Shown here: positions 26,339 to 30,001 of the stretch, in pieces
Layout of the letters: every line of letters starts with the position of its first letter
Position numbering within the stretch: position 1 is the stretch's first letter
IMG/VR virus record: IMGVR_UViG_3300025392_001125
Location: 1 to 30,001 of that record
Length of the DNA stretch: 30,001 nucleotides
Strand: one strand, 5' to 3'
DNA from: a virus
Lineage: Duplodnaviria; Caudoviricetes
Translations under genes and position numbers: made by a program
The notes under the pieces: model-generated
The model's input: only the letters and a program-made list of their open reading frames with translations
The model's database searches: none
Told to the model about the DNA's origin: nothing

Positions 26339-26545
26339 ATGTTCCATACTGCTACACAAAAGGGAGATATTCTCGAATCAGTTAAGCGTTTTTGGTTTGG
26401 GTATAAAGTATGTGAAGGCTGTGATACTTTACTAGGCGAGGAAATACCTGTATGTCCTATTTGTAAGGCCTATAGATTTGATGACTCTAAAGAAAGAATT
26501 ATTACAGTCGCTGAAGAACTAATAGAGAAATATATTACTGAATAA
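26339..26545 (+). CDS. Small zinc-ribbon protein
   Basis: CEGC...CPIC motif pair. Confidence 0.7.
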   Translation: MFHTATQKGDILESVKRFWFGYKVCEGCDTLLGEEIPVCPICKAYRFDDSKERIITVAEELIEKYITE

Positions 26546-26753
26546 TATATTGACTCTTCTTTAACGGTAAGTATGTATTAAGGTGTTGAGATAAAAACAC
26601 AGCATTATCATACAACGCTTTCTTTTTTGTTTTATTTGTTTCTTTCTCTGATGCCAAAAAGATATCGAGCACCATATTTGCTGTAACTAAAATGGTATGT
26701 TTGCGATCGTGATCCGCATCTACCCCTTCTTCTTTTTTAGAGGTCATGTACAT
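26535..26753 (-). CDS. Hypothetical protein
   Basis: 72 aa ORF with TTAAATA immediately upstream. Confidence 0.55.
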   Translation of the reverse strand: MYMTSKKEEGVDADHDRKHTILVTANMVLDIFLASEKETNKTKKKALYDNAVFLSQHLNTYLPLKKSQYIIQ

Positions 26754-26795
26754 ATATTTAATTAAAATATACGCACTATTTAAGTAGGCAAGATC

Positions 26796-27167
26796 CTACT
26801 TCTTTCTTGTCCAAGCTCTATGCTTCTTAAAAATCTTACTCATTACCTTTGACACTACATCAGGATTATCACAGCAGGAATGAACAAGCATAGCAATTTC
26901 ATGTGCTAAATTCTCTACTTCTTTGACATCATCTTTAACAATTTTTTCTACCTTTACCCAATGCTTAGCAGGTAAAGACTTTTCTTCATTAGCTTGTGGA
27001 AGTGGCTTGAGCTGTGGATTACCACCGCCGGTTGCAACACCTGCTGCAGGTGTCTGACCGGATATTACTGCAGATTGCTGAGCTGGTGTTTTAGGTATAA
27101 TGCTCGCTGCAGCCGTAGCAGCATTCTCTAAATATAAATCAGCAATAGTTCTAGCATCTCTGAGCAT
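26796..27167 (-). CDS. Leader-tagged putative internal head protein (MLRDARTIADLYLE)
   Basis: Leader variant, low-complexity linker and helical C-terminal module, same layout as 25937-26314; 4 nt downstream of the nuclease gene. Confidence 0.6.
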   Translation of the reverse strand: MLRDARTIADLYLENAATAAASIIPKTPAQQSAVISGQTPAAGVATGGGNPQLKPLPQANEEKSLPAKHWVKVEKIVKDDVKEVENLAHEIAMLVHSCCDNPDVVSKVMSKIFKKHRAWTRKK

Positions 27168-27171
27168 AATA

Positions 27172-27834
27172 TTATTTATCTGTTGTAGGCGCAGGAAAGC
27201 TCGGTGATTCTATATCAAAGTTTGATACACTGTTTATACTACGAACACCGAGCATAACTAAAAAACCATAGCTTGTACTTGTTCTATATTTAACACGTGC
27301 ACGTGCATAAACTTTAGGTACAAATAAAGGTGCACCGAGCTTACATGGATCACTTTCTGTCAATTTGTATAGACCAAATCCACCAATTTGTATATAAGGT
27401 GTAGATCTATCACTAGCGTAGTGTGCTGCAACTGTATCTGTAGGCAAATTCTCTATATACTTGTTACCCATTGCCTTCAAATCTGTATTATAATCACCTG
27501 TCGGCGTACCCCATTCGGTTTTGATTCTATCTAACATCCCGGCGTCAGTTAATACTTTTACTGTAGCAGGGTATTTCTTTTCTGTTTGCGGACTAAATTG
27601 CCATACACCATCTACAAATTTTAATTCAGCCTGACCAAATCCTGCAGCCTTGTTTAACTTGATTTCAAGGGAACAGCCTCTAATTGTTGCGTCAGCATCA
27701 GATCCTGACGAACCTGCTACTTTAGCATTCTTTGGCATTAGACCTTTCTTTTTTAAAATATTAGCTATTTTTGCTTCATATTCAAAACCTGCTTTTGCAT
27801 ATGCTTCTACTAAAAATTCTTTAAATGGTATCAT
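27172..27834 (-). CDS. PD-(D/E)xK restriction-endonuclease-fold protein with a T4-like capsid-targeting leader
   Basis: GFEYEAKIANIL helix, SDAD...LEIK catalytic motif, FGQ; N-terminus MIPFKEFLVE; CATAAATA at 27843-27850. Confidence 0.7.
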   Translation of the reverse strand: MIPFKEFLVEAYAKAGFEYEAKIANILKKKGLMPKNAKVAGSSGSDADATIRGCSLEIKLNKAAGFGQAELKFVDGVWQFSPQTEKKYPATVKVLTDAGMLDRIKTEWGTPTGDYNTDLKAMGNKYIENLPTDTVAAHYASDRSTPYIQIGGFGLYKLTESDPCKLGAPLFVPKVYARARVKYRTSTSYGFLVMLGVRSINSVSNFDIESPSFPAPTTDK

Positions 27835-27886
27835 CTCACATATATTTATGTTTTAGATAGTAAAAACAAGCGAGACAAAGGGCTCC

Positions 27887-28162
27887 TTAGTCTTTCCTAT
27901 GTTTAAACCAGTAGTAAAGTAATACTGAAGAACTAACTATACCGGTAGTATAGTTAAAGAACCACCAAAGACCAAATACATTGGTATACATGTAGATTAA
28001 CCCGGTAATATACCCTACAAGACCAAGAATAATCATAGTAGGTGACACATCAGAAGAACTTTTAGTTTTTATAATGCGTAAAATTTGCGGAAAATAACAT
28101 GACATAAACGATAACGCCATAATCATTCCAGATGCATCTCTTATTAGCGTCTTTACGATCAT
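27887..28162 (-). CDS. PQ-loop/SemiSWEET-family three-helix membrane protein
   Basis: YFPQILRIIKTKSSSDVS PQ-loop motif and three hydrophobic helices; probable start ATG 28162, 6 nt after TATTAT. Confidence 0.85.
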   Translation of the reverse strand: MIVKTLIRDASGMIMALSFMSCYFPQILRIIKTKSSSDVSPTMIILGLVGYITGLIYMYTNVFGLWWFFNYTTGIVSSSVLLYYWFKHRKD

Positions 28163-28207
28163 AGCACTATAATACAAGCTATATGCTATTAATGCTACTA
28201 TTATAAC

Positions 28208-28666
28208 TTAAAGGAAACCTGGTGTTGCTTCTTCATCACCATTTGTATCTATTTCATCTTCACCATTATCAGCACCATCTGGTACTTCATTAGCTTCGGC
28301 AGAAGAATGATGCATCTTTACTTTGTTACTACCATCTTCAATTGCTTTATAAAATTCTTCAGGTTGTAATTTATTTTCATTAGCAATATTCTCAATATCT
28401 TCTTTTCTAAAAGGATGTAAATTCATTCCAGAACCATCATTACCCTTAATTAAACCTCTCTCAAAATTACCTTGTGCATCATAATAAAAATAAACACTCT
28501 TTCCTGTACCATTTAAAACATACTGTACATAAGGACTGCTTGCGCTACCATCCTTACTATGTGTATATCTTATCTCCTTATCAACACCAGGTGAGAGTCT
28601 TGGGATATCGCTCTCTGTAAGTCTCTTTTTATAGGCTTCAAAGATAAGATGTGTATCTTTATTCAT
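28208..28666 (-). CDS. Leader-tagged putative internal head protein (MNKDTHLIFEAYKKRLTE)
   Basis: Shared leader, acidic C-terminus, third gene of a tandem array. Confidence 0.7.
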   Translation of the reverse strand: MNKDTHLIFEAYKKRLTESDIPRLSPGVDKEIRYTHSKDGSASSPYVQYVLNGTGKSVYFYYDAQGNFERGLIKGNDGSGMNLHPFRKEDIENIANENKLQPEEFYKAIEDGSNKVKMHHSSAEANEVPDGADNGEDEIDTNGDEEATPGFL

Positions 28667-28668
28667 GA

Positions 28669-29295
28669 TTAGGAATCTTGAATACCCTTACCGTAAAATC
28701 CTTTTAGAAGATAGATAAATGCTTGCTTAGCCTTTGGTGCTTCATCGCCCCATTCAGGTCCGATGATTTGATCTGCTGCAGCTGCAAACTGCTCATCAGA
28801 TACACCATCTCCACCATAACCAATACCTTCTACGTCTGCAAAGGCTCTCTTGAATGAACCAATATATTCAGTTAACCAACCAGCTGGTGATGATTCATTA
28901 TCTTCACCATACTTTGCCTTAGCAGCTCCAGCAATCTTTTCAGCAGCTTTCTTTGAATAGCCTGACTTTTCAGCAGCCTTCTCTACCTTAGTAAAGACGT
29001 GTTTGGTTTCTGATACTTCCTCTCCTTCATGATGAGCATCATTTGCACCATCTGACCAAACTGAACGAGCCCATTGTACGAAGTCTTCTTCCGTCCAAGC
29101 ACCTTCTTTTACAGCATGATACGCGTCCCAGAATGGATACTTCTCATAACTAATCTCAGCTCTTGCTTTATCGTACTCAGCTGCATCCTTTGGATCTACA
29201 CCGTGAGCATCTCCGGCGTTTTCGTTTTCAAGAGTATTTGTTTTAAAAAACTTATTGAAATAGCTTTCAAAAATAAGATGATTGTCTTTATTCAT
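28669..29295 (-). CDS. Leader-tagged putative internal head protein (MNKDNHLIFESY)
   Basis: Shared leader; short modules separated by acidic linkers. Confidence 0.7.
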   Translation of the reverse strand: MNKDNHLIFESYFNKFFKTNTLENENAGDAHGVDPKDAAEYDKARAEISYEKYPFWDAYHAVKEGAWTEEDFVQWARSVWSDGANDAHHEGEEVSETKHVFTKVEKAAEKSGYSKKAAEKIAGAAKAKYGEDNESSPAGWLTEYIGSFKRAFADVEGIGYGGDGVSDEQFAAAADQIIGPEWGDEAPKAKQAFIYLLKGFYGKGIQDS

Positions 29296-29296
29296 A

Positions 29297-29836
29297 TTAA
29301 TCCTTCTTGTTGCTCAATTCCCAATCCTGTGTAGTATCTCTCTTAGATCCTTTTTCATCACGATCGGAAAGTTTCTTATCAGGATGCTTGGTACTCTCAG
29401 CTTCATCATCTTCATTTTCGTCATCTTCAGCTTTTGTCTTTGTTCCAAGAGCCTTCTTTACAGCGTGTTCAGCTTTCTTTTCATCGTAATCATCACCGTA
29501 AATCTTCTTCATATGCTTCTTCATATGATCAGCTAACTCTTCATCACTATGTTTATCCTTAAGAGCGTGATGAACTACTTTAGCTGCACCATGGTAGTGA
29601 GATTGTGAATGCTTACTCTTCTTTGATTCTTCACCAGCTTCTTCTTTATTAACATGTTTCTCTACATACTCAGGTGTACACTTTTCACATTCACCGCATG
29701 TACAACCTTTACCGCATTCATCACTATCGTGTGATTCATTGTTATCACTTTTTGAAGCTTTAGCACCGAAATACTCAAACGCTTCATTTACTTTCTTATA
29801 GGCTTCAAAAAGAAGATGTGTGTCCTTGTTCATCAT
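29297..29836 (-). CDS. Leader-tagged, highly charged His/Cys-rich putative internal head protein (MMNKDTHLLFEAYKK)
   Basis: Shared leader; CGKGCTCGECEKC cluster; CATAAATA at 29845-29852. Confidence 0.7.
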   Translation of the reverse strand: MMNKDTHLLFEAYKKVNEAFEYFGAKASKSDNNESHDSDECGKGCTCGECEKCTPEYVEKHVNKEEAGEESKKSKHSQSHYHGAAKVVHHALKDKHSDEELADHMKKHMKKIYGDDYDEKKAEHAVKKALGTKTKAEDDENEDDEAESTKHPDKKLSDRDEKGSKRDTTQDWELSNKKD

Positions 29837-29889
29837 ATATAGATTATTTATGCTCTAGAAGGTACTTCCCCGCAGAACCCTTCATGCCT

Positions 29890-29915
29890 CCCTGCCCGGC
29901 CCGAACCGGCCCGAA
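29890..29915. repeat. GC-rich tandem repeat (CCGGCCCGAA)x2 within a four-tract G-quadruplex motif
   Basis: Repeat copies at 29896-29905 and 29906-29915; CCC tracts at 29890, 29895, 29900 and 29910. Confidence 0.7.
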
Positions 29916-30001
29916 AACTTAATATCCGTCTCTTAGGTAGTCGTCTTATTTTATAATAATATGATAGTAATCGGCTAAACTAAAGATACCATAGGTAATA
30001 C

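Noticed and set aside
29840-29885. Minus-strand GAAGGGUUCUG...ACCUUCUAGAGCAUAAAUAA loosely resembles a preQ1-I riboswitch
   Set aside because: The loop is too long, the A-rich tail is displaced and is better explained as the CATAAATA late promoter, and the downstream gene is unrelated to queuosine. An Infernal search would settle it
1-30001. tRNA genes, CRISPR arrays, introns/inteins or stop-codon reassignment
   Set aside because: No cloverleaf or repeat-spacer pattern seen by eye, core genes are uninterrupted, and coding density is high under the standard code

Overview
A 30 kb, AT-rich fragment of a T4-like (myovirus) phage genome. The + strand carries a rearranged late structural module: gp25, gp6, a PKD-domain baseplate protein, gp20 portal, gp13-like neck, an inserted HNH endonuclease, gp4, gp21 protease, a Cys-rich core protein, gp22, gp23 major capsid, a large gp5-like hub/spike and an Mtd_N-type tail fibre. 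A compact minus-strand operon (13926-17206) encodes a TGT/DpdA-like TIM barrel, a PurN-like formyltransferase, an Nmad1/DUF1599-like helical protein, a P-loop NMP-kinase-like protein and a bimodular QueF. It most plausibly makes a 7-deazaguanine (preQ1 or formyl-preQ1) DNA hypermodification. The most striking unexplained pattern is a family of about 8 small, otherwise unrelated ORFs, mostly behind late promoters, that share an N-terminal leader ending in hydrophobic-x-E (MNKDTHLIFEAY, MQKDIYAIYEAY, MIPFKEFLVEAY). This resembles the T4 capsid-targeting sequence removed by gp21, and one of the tagged cargoes is a PD-(D/E)xK nuclease. Working hypothesis (inference): the virion co-packages a set of effectors, including a nuclease, with a base-modified and self-protected genome. 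Other signals are near-leaderless transcription from two promoter classes, an uncalled DUF4032-like ORF, a structured intergenic element, a G-quadruplex-type tandem repeat and [LVI]-S-[AG] enrichment in outer virion proteins. All family calls come from reading motifs by eye; no searches were run.
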